This document shows positions 7,701 to 17,112 of a stretch of 64,000 nt of DNA, in pieces. The first letter of the stretch is position 1. The number at the start of each line of letters is the position of its first letter. Location of the stretch: assembly GCA_964402565.1 (NCBI GenBank), contig CAYOCJ010000001.1, positions 352,079-416,078 on the forward strand, written 5' to 3'. Both the position numbers and the translations under genes were made by a program. The notes under the pieces are model-generated. The model saw nothing but the letters and a program-made list of their open reading frames with translations. It searched no databases and had not been told where the DNA came from. The DNA comes from an uncultured Gammaproteobacteria bacterium (GTDB taxonomy: Bacteria > Patescibacteriota > Patescibacteriia > UBA1558 > 2-01-FULL-52-15).

Positions 7701-8530
7701 TCAACTCGTCGAAGACCTACGTGGTCAAGGCGAACTGGAAGCTTATTGACCACTTGACCTCACCAGCAGTATCTGGCGGCGGTCTCAAGGTCAATATGAC
7801 CAACGTTGATACGACAGGTCAGGCAGCTGGTTCTTCAACGGTAACGTTGAACGGAAACGGCACAGCCTTCAATACTCAGAGCTCGTTCTTGTCGACTCCG
7901 ACCGTAACGTTGGATTCTGCATCGAACACGATCTCGGGTTCTGGTGTCTTTGATCTCTTCAAGTTCCACATCACGCCAAGCGCAGGCGGTCCAGTCGGTA
8001 TTGCCAAGCTCAGCTTCGGCATCACGACTTCGACGGTCAGCGTTGCGGGTGGCGGATTCCAGCTCTATCAGTCTGATTCATCAGGCTCACAGGGTAACTT
8101 GATCTCAGGTAATACTGACTTCAAGTCTATCTTCGCTGGAACTGCTGGTTCAAAGTCACTTGTTGCTGAAGCTCGTATGGATAACTCCGATACGAACAGC
8201 TACAACACGACTGACTCTGGTGAGAACTTCTACTTCTCTGGTACGAAGTACTTCACCTTGCGCGGTACGATCTCAGGTCACACTGGATCCAGTACTGACA
8301 GCGAAAGCGTCGCAACGGTCCTTGCTGGTGATGCAGCATATGCCAGCTCGAGCCTTGTGAACTATGCAGCAGTCGACGGAACAGACACTGGATTGGATGA
8401 CTTCATCTGGTCCGATCTGAACTTTGACCTTAACTCAACAACTGCTACGCAGAACTTGGGTTGGTTCAATGGATTCCGTGTACCGGGCTTGGATAACAAC
8501 TCAACGACTGCAGAAACGATCAGTGGTTAA
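4772..8530 (+). CDS. Large secreted Ser/Thr-rich surface (S-layer-like) protein
   Basis: 1252 aa with a signal peptide ending AHA|A, three N-terminal repeats and beta-rich domains. No Cys. Codon choice looks like a highly expressed gene (TTC, AAC, ATC, GGT). Long leader and strong terminator. Confidence 0.8.
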   Translation: MNLLKKVSLSALMFVTVFSIGGFGSVKMAHAATLMAGDLVKGPNSDAVYYIDGTMKHVFPDKGTYMTWYSNFDAVKKVTVADLDMYSTGSAVAYRPGTYLVKTPDSAFVYAVEPGGKLRKIPSESVAMALYGSSWAKWIRDIHPLTMSTTYAVTSNDMTAAAPSVGTVLQKTGDSTIYYFDGTNIRPFASSAAFDANNLNWDYVVKVSSLGTWTVGSSITGAETFATISGVGTSVVTGPAGNLTVALSPNTPAANGILLGGAARVPMTTVRLTAGSTPVIIDSLTIERKGVASDSEFASFDLLDGNTMLPLNDSSKSLNSNHQAVFNDDITVPANASWDVIVSANMAADLSAVAGEYPVISVAGMVLKNNSTMSGTLPIMGNVFLSNGTITVGTATIASGSNNPSAVTKQVGQKDYIVTSIKVTNNSSATGQNMTLKSVTFTNNGSTSPTDVANLRLVNSNTGVTLGTMATVTGDKVSFTNLNLPILKGNNVNLDLKLDIVGGSGRTIDYDVQKQGDVVVFDELRGYNVLPTYPNSSEPYFNAAAATVDNGHLRIESVAVATQTIQENKNGVLIGKFKFVVEGEPINITRLPIKTILNTSTAGANITDITNITLKDPAGMAVVSGQDPTSNGWSANSNSDQVGTATTTDTFTAPIGETVYSVYADLSSDFSANDTIQTQINPAMVIAKGDTTGDTLTNSTDITPTVDVTGSTMTVKSVDLNVSVSSSPAAQTLVAGASEVEVADIVLDAATSGSDVRVTQFKIPVKTTAPVFPDIVTSFKIYVGGVQVPVDSTSTSYSTAGSTAGGNATTTLTIATGNLTIPALQSKTVVIKANIGTGATSGSFKVGSQVDSITAIDSEGQTFTPDYTPNDGQSMTLSGGGILNISNATDPRAGMVVGNTTTVVGQFTAQAKNDTIKLNSFGFTIQAPDQGRQGTTIADQLNGLEVWELGGGSALGTALVTGNNATVTPSSPISLSINSSKTYVVKANWKLIDHLTSPAVSGGGLKVNMTNVDTTGQAAGSSTVTLNGNGTAFNTQSSFLSTPTVTLDSASNTISGSGVFDLFKFHITPSAGGPVGIAKLSFGITTSTVSVAGGGFQLYQSDSSGSQGNLISGNTDFKSIFAGTAGSKSLVAEARMDNSDTNSYNTTDSGENFYFSGTKYFTLRGTISGHTGSSTDSESVATVLAGDAAYASSSLVNYAAVDGTDTGLDDFIWSDLNFDLNSTTATQNLGWFNGFRVPGLDNNSTTAETISG

Positions 8531-8566
8531 TCCACGTTCGGGTCTGACAGTGTAGTTGTATCTACG

Positions 8567-8611
8567 TAACAGCATCCCTCCCTCGTTTATTCGGGGGAGG
8601 GACTGTTATTT
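8567..8611 (+). terminator. Intrinsic terminator of the S-layer-like gene
   Basis: TAACAG..TCCCTCCCTCG-loop-CGGGGGAGGGA.CTGTTA followed by TTT. Confidence 0.8.
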
Positions 8612-8639
8612 GTGTGAAATATTATGAGATGGAGGAGTG

Positions 8640-8668
8640 TAGACAGTGATGCCGGAATACTGTACAGT
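8640..8668 (+). promoter_or_regulatory. Candidate sigma70 promoter
   Basis: TAGACA-N17-TACAGT upstream of ATG 8686. Confidence 0.4.
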
Positions 8669-8685
8669 ATATCCACATTTGGCCT

Positions 8686-9477
8686 ATGAAAACGTATCGG
8701 AAGGTATTGTTGATCGTCATTCTCCTATTACTCGCAGCCGCAGCTGCGCGTTTTTGGTATTCGCGGCAGGGTTCGTCTCCAGCACAAAAAACCGATCAGC
8801 AAGCGCATATTACTGAAGTTGTCAAACAAATGCAGACATTGGAATTCAAAAAAACTGATATCCCCAACGATCAGAAAAAGCTAATTACTGATGGATTTGC
8901 AAGCGAGGTCAAAAAACTTATTAGTGCAGCAAAACTCCTTGATACAAACCGGGATGCGGCTTATGCGAATTTATTCTGGCCATTAAATGATATCGGCGCA
9001 TTCAACCGCCAGACAGGTGACTATGGGAAAGCCGAGCTTGCATTTCAGACAGCGCATGAGCTCGTGCCATCTGCCTATGTGCCATTAGGCAATTTGGGTG
9101 ACCTGTACTCAGATGCAGCCTCGCCGTTGCTCAATGATACCAAGGCAGCAGAGAGCTATGAGCAGGCCCTGGCAGCAATCGGCGCTGACCAAAAAGGGGC
9201 AGATGCCGGGATCTATGACACGTACCTGGAAACGTACTATAATGATCTGTATGTGATCTATCGATTCCGTTTTAATGATCCTGCAAAAGCTGAGAAGTTT
9301 TTGATCGATGGCGTAAAGAAATTCCCCAAAGTTTTGAATATCCTTGCTTATCTTGCTCTGTACTACCGCGATACCAATCAGATCGACAAAGCGATCTCGC
9401 GGTACCATGAATTACTGGTCAAAGATCCGAAGAGCATCGCAGCGCAAGAAGCTTTGCAGCAATTAGAAGCTAAGTAA
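8686..9477 (+). CDS. Membrane-anchored tetratricopeptide repeat protein
   Basis: N-terminal TM and TPR-like segments (GDYGKAELAFQTAHELVP, NLGDLY, KAISRYHELLVKDP). Confidence 0.85.
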   Translation: MKTYRKVLLIVILLLLAAAAARFWYSRQGSSPAQKTDQQAHITEVVKQMQTLEFKKTDIPNDQKKLITDGFASEVKKLISAAKLLDTNRDAAYANLFWPLNDIGAFNRQTGDYGKAELAFQTAHELVPSAYVPLGNLGDLYSDAASPLLNDTKAAESYEQALAAIGADQKGADAGIYDTYLETYYNDLYVIYRFRFNDPAKAEKFLIDGVKKFPKVLNILAYLALYYRDTNQIDKAISRYHELLVKDPKSIAAQEALQQLEAK

Positions 9478-9484
9478 CATCACC

Positions 9485-11971
9485 ATGAGATCAATGAATA
9501 GTTTCCTGAAACAGCCGATCAATACCTGGATCATCCGAGTGATCAGTTTTTTGGCGATTGTCTTGACGCTTGTTCCGATGGTGACTTTTTCTAATATCTA
9601 TTTCCCCTATATTGTACCGCGCAACGATTTTTTCAGGATCGTCGTCGCGCTCATGTTCGTACTCTATACGGTTTTAGTGATGCGCGACCGTAGCTATTTG
9701 CCGAAACGCGGATTGCCGCTGTATCTGCTTCTCGGGTTCCTTGCGTCAATGACGCTGTCGAGCCTTTTCGGCTCGGAGCCCTTGTATAGTTTCACGAGCA
9801 ATTTCGAGCGCATGGACGGGCTGGTGACGGTATATACGCTGGCGCTATTTTTCATCGTGGTGATCAGTGTATTCAAGTCCAGGGATCAGATTGAGCGTAT
9901 TTTGTGGGCCAGCCTGTTCGTAGCGTATATGACTGCGGTCATCGGCATCAGCCAGATCGTCGGCGTCAACTTACTCCAAAGTTCGTCAGGAGGAGAGCGT
10001 ATTACCGCGACTTTAGGCAATGCAACGTATCTGTCAGCGTACTTGCTGATCCACCTCTTTATAGCTTGTTATGCATTTATCCGTTCTCCGCGCGGCATTT
10101 TGACAAAGATGTTCATGTGGTTTTCTTTATTGCTTGATATCGTTTTGGTAGTGATCCATTTCCGATACGGCAGTCCCGATGGCCATGGAGGCATCTGGAA
10201 TCAGGTTTTTGGCGATCCACTTGTCGCGCTGTCATTCTGCATCATCCAGCTCCTAGCAGTGTTTCCCTTATTCTTCAAGGATAGATTCAGCATGCAGCTT
10301 CGCATCGATAAGTTCATCCCGGCCCTGCTGCTGTGCATGTTCGTACTTTTGATGATCAATACGCAGACTCGCGGTGCCATTATCGGTTTAGCCTTTGGCG
10401 CATTCGCGGTTCTTGTCGGTGGTTTCGCGAGCAAGCAATTTTCGAGGACAGCGCGTCTGGTCTGCGCAGGTTTTTTGCTTGCAGGCATTATCGGCGTCGG
10501 CGGCATTTTTATTTTTAAAGACAGCGCACTGATAAAATCCACTCCGGTTTTCCAAAAAATCAGCTCTATTTCATTTACTGATGCTACGACCCGTTCGCGT
10601 TTGGCGACATGGCATTCAGCGATCGAAGGCTTTGCAGAACGACCTGTCTTTGGATGGGGAGTGGAGAATTTCCAGGAACTTTTCAATAAACATTTTCCGA
10701 CCGAGATCTATACTGACGAAGGTACGCCGCTTTGGTTCGACAGGCCGCATAATTTGCTTTTGCAGTATCTTGCAGAAGGCGGAGTCATAGGCATCGGCCT
10801 CTATCTCGCATTTCTCATAACCTTGATCATTGCTTCGTTCAAAAAGCTTCCGCGCAAGGAGGCGCTCTTCCTGCTCGGATTCATTGTTGCGTATATCGGG
10901 CAGAATGTATTCGTTTTCGACAGCATTAATAGTTATTTGCCGTTGTATATCGTGCTTGCCTTCAGCTATGCGTCGATCTATGTTTATTCCGCCCAAGCGG
11001 TTGATGCCGAGAAAAAAGCTCTCGTGCCCAGGGTCGGAGGTGCTGCAGTGGTCATTGTCGTGGGCGCGGTCCTTTGGATGGGTTTGTGGTATACCGTTTT
11101 TTGGCCGTTGTCGGTCAATAAGGAATTTGTATCATATTATTTTGCGCAGACAAGCTCACAGACGCCAGGATATAAACCTGAGATCACGAAGAAAGTCTTT
11201 GACCTTATCGATCACAGCCCCTATCTAGGCCGAGCTGAGTTGTTGGGTGTGTATTCTGAATTTGCGGTGAGCCGCTTCCGAGATGATAATCCAAACGGTG
11301 ACGATATGAAATTTCTGGCCTCAGGACTCGAGGAGCGGTTCGATCGGGAGCGCGCACAGGGTTATACGAAAGATGCCCGTTTCAATATGTTTGAGCTGAA
11401 CTTGCTCCTGAACGCAGGGCAATTTGATCCGATATTTTACGAAAAGGCCCTCGCGCTCAGCAATGAAAGTATTCCATTAAGCCCTGATCGTCCGCAATTC
11501 TATTATATTCGCGGCAGGGTCTATATGAACATGAAGCAATATGATAAAGGTATTGCTGATTTCAAGCATGCGGTTGAGCTTGCACCGTTGATCCCTGAAG
11601 CGCATTCGAATTTGTTCGCGGCCTATGCGACCATGGGCGATAAGGATCATGCGCGTACTGAGCTCATGGAATTAAGCAAATTGATGCCATTTGATGCAAA
11701 AGCGATCGCGCATGCGACGAGCGTCTATGTAGCAGCGGGTCTCTATGATGAGGCAGTCAATCTATTGCAGGAAGCAATAGTAGAATTCCCGAGCGAGGAA
11801 GCGCAGTTCCATGTCGGTCTAGCGCAGGTATATGCCGCATCAGGTGATGCAAAGACGGCCAGAAAAGAAATGGAAACAGCGGTAAAACTTGATCCAAGTA
11901 TCGCTCAGTATACCGAAGACTTCTATAAAAAGCTGGACGCAGGCGAGCTTACGCGGAAGAAGGCTCAGTAG
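9485..11971 (+). CDS. O-antigen ligase-like (Wzy_C) membrane protein with C-terminal TPRs; candidate protein O-oligosaccharyltransferase
   Basis: R..ATLGN..YL, TQTRGA, RL.TW..A..GF.ERP.FGWG.ENF, DRPHN..LQ.LAEGG.IG; many TMs; TPR tail. Confidence 0.88.
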   Translation: MRSMNSFLKQPINTWIIRVISFLAIVLTLVPMVTFSNIYFPYIVPRNDFFRIVVALMFVLYTVLVMRDRSYLPKRGLPLYLLLGFLASMTLSSLFGSEPLYSFTSNFERMDGLVTVYTLALFFIVVISVFKSRDQIERILWASLFVAYMTAVIGISQIVGVNLLQSSSGGERITATLGNATYLSAYLLIHLFIACYAFIRSPRGILTKMFMWFSLLLDIVLVVIHFRYGSPDGHGGIWNQVFGDPLVALSFCIIQLLAVFPLFFKDRFSMQLRIDKFIPALLLCMFVLLMINTQTRGAIIGLAFGAFAVLVGGFASKQFSRTARLVCAGFLLAGIIGVGGIFIFKDSALIKSTPVFQKISSISFTDATTRSRLATWHSAIEGFAERPVFGWGVENFQELFNKHFPTEIYTDEGTPLWFDRPHNLLLQYLAEGGVIGIGLYLAFLITLIIASFKKLPRKEALFLLGFIVAYIGQNVFVFDSINSYLPLYIVLAFSYASIYVYSAQAVDAEKKALVPRVGGAAVVIVVGAVLWMGLWYTVFWPLSVNKEFVSYYFAQTSSQTPGYKPEITKKVFDLIDHSPYLGRAELLGVYSEFAVSRFRDDNPNGDDMKFLASGLEERFDRERAQGYTKDARFNMFELNLLLNAGQFDPIFYEKALALSNESIPLSPDRPQFYYIRGRVYMNMKQYDKGIADFKHAVELAPLIPEAHSNLFAAYATMGDKDHARTELMELSKLMPFDAKAIAHATSVYVAAGLYDEAVNLLQEAIVEFPSEEAQFHVGLAQVYAASGDAKTARKEMETAVKLDPSIAQYTEDFYKKLDAGELTRKKAQ

Positions 11972-13136
11972 TTTTGTAAAAACGCAAGTACAATTCTTCA
12001 GTTTTCTGAAGCATCTTGTCGAGAGTGAATTCTTCTCGCACCTTTTTTTGTAATGCATGCGACATAGATGCACGGAGTTTCGGGTCATCGTAGAAGGCCG
12101 CAAGCGCTAATGCAATGTCCTGTGCATTGCCCGGCTCTACCAAAAGTCCAAAAACCTGATGTTCAATGATCTCAGGGATGCCGCCGACTCTGCTGGCGAT
12201 GACCGGGACTCCTGCAAGGCCCGCTTCCAAAATCGCTAAAGGAAGTCCTTCCTTCAGCGACGGCAGAATACTTATATCAAATGCCTTCAACAGGCGTGAG
12301 GCATTGGGTACTGCACCATGGAATTGAACTGAATCTAAAATGCCTAAATTAGTGGCTTGTGTTTCAAGGTCTTTGCGCAGAGGGCCATCACCAAGGATCG
12401 AGAATTTCATTTTTTTATCACGCGGCAGTAATTGTATAGCATCCAGCAGTGCTGATAGACCTTTTGTAGGGTAGAGAGCTGCAATAGTACCAACGACAAA
12501 ACTGTCTTCTGGAATGTGTAATTGTGCACGAGCTTCTGATCGTGTGAGAAGCTCTTGTTTCGTATTAATGCCGTTGTGAATGACAACCATCCGCGCATCA
12601 GGAGCGATCTTATGTTGTATACCTTGTTGTTTATCATAGTCTGAGACGCATATCAGCGCGCCTTTCCAGCCCGCTGAGACTTTCTCAATGATGCGGTACA
12701 CCTGTTTTTTGAGAGCGGGGAGCGGTTCATTAAAAACAAAACCGTGTACGGTATAGATAACACGGATAACTTTATTTAACGGGTCGAAGCGATAGAGCCA
12801 AGCGGCGCATGCGCCGATCGCGCCTGCCATGGAGCTGTTGATATGAATAAAATCTGGTTGTTCGTTTTTGAGAAGTTTTCTGATTTCGAGTGTCGCCTCC
12901 CAGGCTTTCACCAGAGAGATGTCACGGATTAAACTATGAATGATGATCGGTTCGATACCGAGCGCACGAGCCTCAGCGAAAAATTGTGCGTCCTGATTTT
13001 TTTCTTCGCCGACCGCGATCAGAACTTGATTATGTTGCGAAAAAAAACGTGCGAGTTCGAGCAGATATTTTTGGGCACCACCATATTTGCTCTGGGTTAT
13101 GAGTAAAATGATTTTTTTCTTGTCAAGTCGGTCCAT
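11949..13136 (-). CDS. GT4 family glycosyltransferase
   Basis: GGAQKY near the N-terminus, TVHG, and PSLKEGLPLAILEA (E-X7-E motif). Confidence 0.92.
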   Translation of the reverse strand: MDRLDKKKIILLITQSKYGGAQKYLLELARFFSQHNQVLIAVGEEKNQDAQFFAEARALGIEPIIIHSLIRDISLVKAWEATLEIRKLLKNEQPDFIHINSSMAGAIGACAAWLYRFDPLNKVIRVIYTVHGFVFNEPLPALKKQVYRIIEKVSAGWKGALICVSDYDKQQGIQHKIAPDARMVVIHNGINTKQELLTRSEARAQLHIPEDSFVVGTIAALYPTKGLSALLDAIQLLPRDKKMKFSILGDGPLRKDLETQATNLGILDSVQFHGAVPNASRLLKAFDISILPSLKEGLPLAILEAGLAGVPVIASRVGGIPEIIEHQVFGLLVEPGNAQDIALALAAFYDDPKLRASMSHALQKKVREEFTLDKMLQKTEELYLRFYKTTEPSSA

Positions 13137-13231
13137 TTCTGTTGCATTATTGGCATTCTATGTTAAGATTCTACAGTAGTATCAGCAAAAAAACAAGAAA
13201 AATGGCAGAACGAGTAGGCGATGCTAAAGTA

Positions 13232-14392
13232 ATGAACGAAAGCAAACTGCGGGTATTGATGATAAGTCTTGACCCTGGCTTGCTGCATGCGAATGCAGGC
13301 ACCGGCGATACCCTGGAGCGCCATGCGATCTATGCTTCGCGGGTTGCGAGTTTAGATATTATCGTGCTCGGAGGAGCGTCTGACAGCAGCCTTGAGCACG
13401 GAACTCTGACCATACATAGCACCGGAGCAAAAGGCATTTCTTCTGTATTCCGGGGTTTATCGCATGCGCGGCATTTGATCGAGCGAAAGAAGATCAACTT
13501 GATCGTCACGCAAGATCCGCATGCAACCGGCTGGATAGGCGTAAAGCTGAAGAAAGAGTTTCACATTCCGCTGCTCGTTGATGTGCACGGAGACTTCTGG
13601 AATAACCAGGCCTGGCTGAGAGAATCATGGAAGAATTTTCTATTAGCTGCCAAGCAGCAAAGCATCATCCACGCGGCTGATCGTATTCGCGTCGTATCAT
13701 ATGGCATTGAAGAAAAACTATTGAAGTTAGGCATTGCTGCGGATAAAGTTGCAGTCATCAATACGCCGATCAATACGGCCATTTTTCAGGAGCTTGACGC
13801 GCATCAACAAGTTTTTTTAGAGGAGTTGCGATTTAAATACCAGGGTAAGCACGTCATCGTGTTTTGCGGACGGCTCGTGGCGGCAAAAAATTTGAGCTTC
13901 CTGATCGATGTAGTCTCTGATCTTAAAAAGCGGCGCAGTGATTGGATCTTGCTGATCATAGGCACCGGAGAACTACAGCAGGAACTCGAAAAACAGATCA
14001 AGAAACATCGCTTGTCATCGCATATTCAGCTTGTCGGTCCAAAACCTCCGCTTGAGCTTGCCGCGTACTATCATCTTGCGCTGCTCATGGTGTTGCCTTC
14101 GACGAATGAAAGCTTTGGCAAGGTCATCATCGAGGCTGGCGTATCCTCGATACCGACTTTATCCAGTGATACGACGGGTGCGCGCCACATCATTAAGGAT
14201 GGCAGGACTGGATTTCTGGTGCCCGTGAATGACCGAAACGCATTCCTCGAGGTGCTCTCAGAAATGCTCGAGTTCCCCGATCAAACGAAGCAGTTGGGCG
14301 AATGGGCGCGCGAGCTGTATGTACAACAGTACGCACGAGAAGCGACGATTGATCGCATCATTGAATTGTGGAGGAAAACAAGCGGTCTATGA
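13232..14392 (+). CDS. GT4 family glycosyltransferase
   Basis: GRLV..KN and PSTNESFGKVIIEA. Start set at MNESKLRVLMIS (ORF track 13142). Confidence 0.9.
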   Translation: MNESKLRVLMISLDPGLLHANAGTGDTLERHAIYASRVASLDIIVLGGASDSSLEHGTLTIHSTGAKGISSVFRGLSHARHLIERKKINLIVTQDPHATGWIGVKLKKEFHIPLLVDVHGDFWNNQAWLRESWKNFLLAAKQQSIIHAADRIRVVSYGIEEKLLKLGIAADKVAVINTPINTAIFQELDAHQQVFLEELRFKYQGKHVIVFCGRLVAAKNLSFLIDVVSDLKKRRSDWILLIIGTGELQQELEKQIKKHRLSSHIQLVGPKPPLELAAYYHLALLMVLPSTNESFGKVIIEAGVSSIPTLSSDTTGARHIIKDGRTGFLVPVNDRNAFLEVLSEMLEFPDQTKQLGEWARELYVQQYAREATIDRIIELWRKTSGL

Positions 14393-15426
14393 AATTACTC
14401 ATGATCACGCGGAAGGTGGATCGAAATGATTCCCTGGCAGGGTTTACCTATACATGGGTGAAGGCTTTTGCTGAGCTTGTTGCCGAGCTTCATGTGATAT
14501 GCCTGGAAAAAGGGGATACAACAGGCTTGCCTGAGAACTGCAACATTTACTCTCTGGGCAAGGAGCTAAAGAAAGATCGCTGGTCAGAGTTCGTTTTGTT
14601 CCATAGGTATGCCAAGCGCATCGTCCCGAATGTGGACGCTATCTTTTCTCATCAAAACCCTGAGTATGGTATTTTGATCGCTCCATGGGCAAAAGCATAC
14701 AAAAAAAAGCTCATTGCGTGGTATACACATCGGGCCGTTACCTGGCGCTTGCGGCTAATGACTGCGCTCTGCACTACGGTCGTAACGGCATCAAAAGAAA
14801 GCTTTCGGCTGCCAACAAAAAAGTTGAAAGTCCTCTCGCATGGCATTGATACTGATCATTTCGTATCTGTACCGCAGAGTAGCTCTACTGCAAAAAGGCT
14901 GCTCTCTGTCAGCAGGCTGTCGCCTTCGAAGCATATAGAGATGATGATAAGCCTTCTTCCTGCATTGTCTGAGCATATGAAGGAAAAAATACAATTACGC
15001 ATTGTCGCGACGCCTGCACGGCCGGGTGACCATGCATATGCAGAAAAACTGCGAAAACAGGTTTCGGATATGAAGCTAGAACAATATGTCCAATTCATCA
15101 CTTCAGTCCCGTATACTGACTTGCCGCAGGAATACGCACAGGCAGATCTTTTTTTGAATTTTTCGGATACCGGGAGTCTTGATAAAGCGGTCCTTGAAGC
15201 GCTGTCATGCGGCATTCCTGTGCTCACGACAAATATTGCTTTTAAGGAAATATGCGAGCAACTCGATCCGCGGATGTTCACTGAAAACAGCGCTGAGCAG
15301 ATAGGCGCTCATGCCAAGGATTTATTGGTGAATCATTCGGTCCGACCTGAACTGCTCAGGCAGTACGTAATTGACGAGCATAGCCTTCATCATTTGATCA
15401 AAAAGATATTGGCGCTCTATGTCTGA
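14389..15426 (+). CDS. GT4 family glycosyltransferase
   Basis: HGIDTD, SRLSPSK, TGSLDKAVLEAL. ATGA overlap with the previous gene. Confidence 0.9.
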   Translation: MKLLMITRKVDRNDSLAGFTYTWVKAFAELVAELHVICLEKGDTTGLPENCNIYSLGKELKKDRWSEFVLFHRYAKRIVPNVDAIFSHQNPEYGILIAPWAKAYKKKLIAWYTHRAVTWRLRLMTALCTTVVTASKESFRLPTKKLKVLSHGIDTDHFVSVPQSSSTAKRLLSVSRLSPSKHIEMMISLLPALSEHMKEKIQLRIVATPARPGDHAYAEKLRKQVSDMKLEQYVQFITSVPYTDLPQEYAQADLFLNFSDTGSLDKAVLEALSCGIPVLTTNIAFKEICEQLDPRMFTENSAEQIGAHAKDLLVNHSVRPELLRQYVIDEHSLHHLIKKILALYV

Positions 15427-16105
15427 TATCGTAAAACAGTATTATGAAACAACCGGGGAGCGGTATCGCATGAGTTCTACGCGGCGAGACCGGGTTTTTA
15501 GCTTGCTTGGTCAGGCCATCAATTCGTATGATGCTCAGACGCCGATCTCCGTCCTTGACATCGGCATTGGGAGCGGCGAGATCGCATCCTATTGCCGCGA
15601 ACATTTTTCAGATAGGAACATATCAGTAACTGGCATTGATATTTCAGAGCGCTTGCTTGCACAGCATGCGCATTTGTATGCAGAGACAAAAGCGGTCAAT
15701 GTCGATGCAGATCAATGGACGGATCAATTCAAACAGCAGTTTCATATAGTTATTGCCTCGGAATTGGTTGAACACTTGTTCAGGCCGGATGCTTTTTTTA
15801 AGTCCTTGCCCACCGTTATAGCGCCGCATGGGTATGTACTGCTTTCAACTCCGAATATGCTTCTCTGGTCGCAACGTATCAAATTTTTGCTGGGGCGCCA
15901 TGCATGGAGCGATGGCGGCGTTTTCGAATGGGGCCATATCCATCTTTTTTCATGGAAGTTTTTATGCGATCAGCTTGAAAAGAATGGATTCGCCATTCAC
16001 TCAACCAAACACGTATTGCATCCAAATGCGCTGAACGCATGGCAGCATATATTGCCGCCGGGCCTCTTCGCATTTCAATTTGTCCTGCTAGCTCAAAAGA
16101 AATGA
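15419..16105 (+). CDS. Class I SAM-dependent methyltransferase
   Basis: VLDIGIGSG, GIDIS, ELVEHL, LSTPN. Confidence 0.9.
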   Translation: MSDIVKQYYETTGERYRMSSTRRDRVFSLLGQAINSYDAQTPISVLDIGIGSGEIASYCREHFSDRNISVTGIDISERLLAQHAHLYAETKAVNVDADQWTDQFKQQFHIVIASELVEHLFRPDAFFKSLPTVIAPHGYVLLSTPNMLLWSQRIKFLLGRHAWSDGGVFEWGHIHLFSWKFLCDQLEKNGFAIHSTKHVLHPNALNAWQHILPPGLFAFQFVLLAQKK

Positions 16106-17112
16106 AGCGAGTCATTTTTTTTGGCACGTATAATGGAGACTATCCGCGCAACCGTCTCTTGCTGAAGTGGACTGCCGAGGCCGCTGCGGTTGTAGAAGTC
16201 AATGAACGGGGCAGAGGAGTCGATAAGTATTTTCGCTTAGCGCGCTCTCTGATGAAATTAAAAAATTACGACGCAGTCGTCATCGGCTTCCCAGGGCATC
16301 TCGCATGCATCATTGCGCGGCTGGTGAGCCGCAAGCCGGTCATTTTTGACGCATTTATTTCGATGTATGACACCTATGTCTTTGACCGTGCAACTGTGAA
16401 GCCTGGTTCATTCGGCGCATGGTATTATTGGTGCATTGATTGGTTAGCATTTCATGCTGCCACGATGGTGGTTATCGATACGAACGAGCATGCGAAGTAT
16501 TTGGAAAACGAGTTCGGCATACCATCTGAACGGATCACAGTGGTACCTGTCGTGACCGACGTCGGCTTGTTCAAACCAGCACCAAAGGCAGCAACTGAAC
16601 AAAAGGTTATTTGGTGGCATGGTAAATTTTCTCGCTTGCATAATGTAAACTATATTATGGATGTTGCTACGCTCATGCGCGATGAAAAAAATATCAGCTT
16701 TCATTTTCTCGGGAGTGGCGGCGACGCGAAATCGATACGTTCGATCATCGAGTCTCGTCATTTGCAAAACGTGATTCTGTTCCCCCCGGTTCCCTATGAA
16801 CAATTGGCAAACAGCATTGTAACTGGCGATATATGCCTCGGTGTCTTTGGATCAAGCGACAAGGTCGACCGGGTCGTACCAAATAAGATCTTTGAGTATC
16901 TCAGCTGCGGCAAGCCGGTAGTGACGCGCAATTCGCATGCGGTACAGCGAATGTGTGCCGGCATGCCCATACGCTTCGTCGATGCACAACCGAAAGAGTG
17001 CCGAGATGCAATTCTTGAGCTGCTGCGCGTTCCTGTCGACCCAGAGAAAACACACAAAAAAGTTGAAGAATGGTATCAGAAAGCACAACAAACTTGGAAA
17101 CAATTGGTATGA
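16102..17112 (+). CDS. GT4 family glycosyltransferase
   Basis: YPRN, DICLGVFG..K..RVVPNKIFEYLSCGKPVVT. ATGA overlap defines the start. Confidence 0.88.
   Translation: MKRVIFFGTYNGDYPRNRLLLKWTAEAAAVVEVNERGRGVDKYFRLARSLMKLKNYDAVVIGFPGHLACIIARLVSRKPVIFDAFISMYDTYVFDRATVKPGSFGAWYYWCIDWLAFHAATMVVIDTNEHAKYLENEFGIPSERITVVPVVTDVGLFKPAPKAATEQKVIWWHGKFSRLHNVNYIMDVATLMRDEKNISFHFLGSGGDAKSIRSIIESRHLQNVILFPPVPYEQLANSIVTGDICLGVFGSSDKVDRVVPNKIFEYLSCGKPVVTRNSHAVQRMCAGMPIRFVDAQPKECRDAILELLRVPVDPEKTHKKVEEWYQKAQQTWKQLV

Noticed and set aside
5169-8360. Antisense and alternate-frame ORFs over the S-layer-like gene and other long genes
   Set aside because: Shadow ORFs caused by codon bias; no recognisable motifs or independent expression signals.
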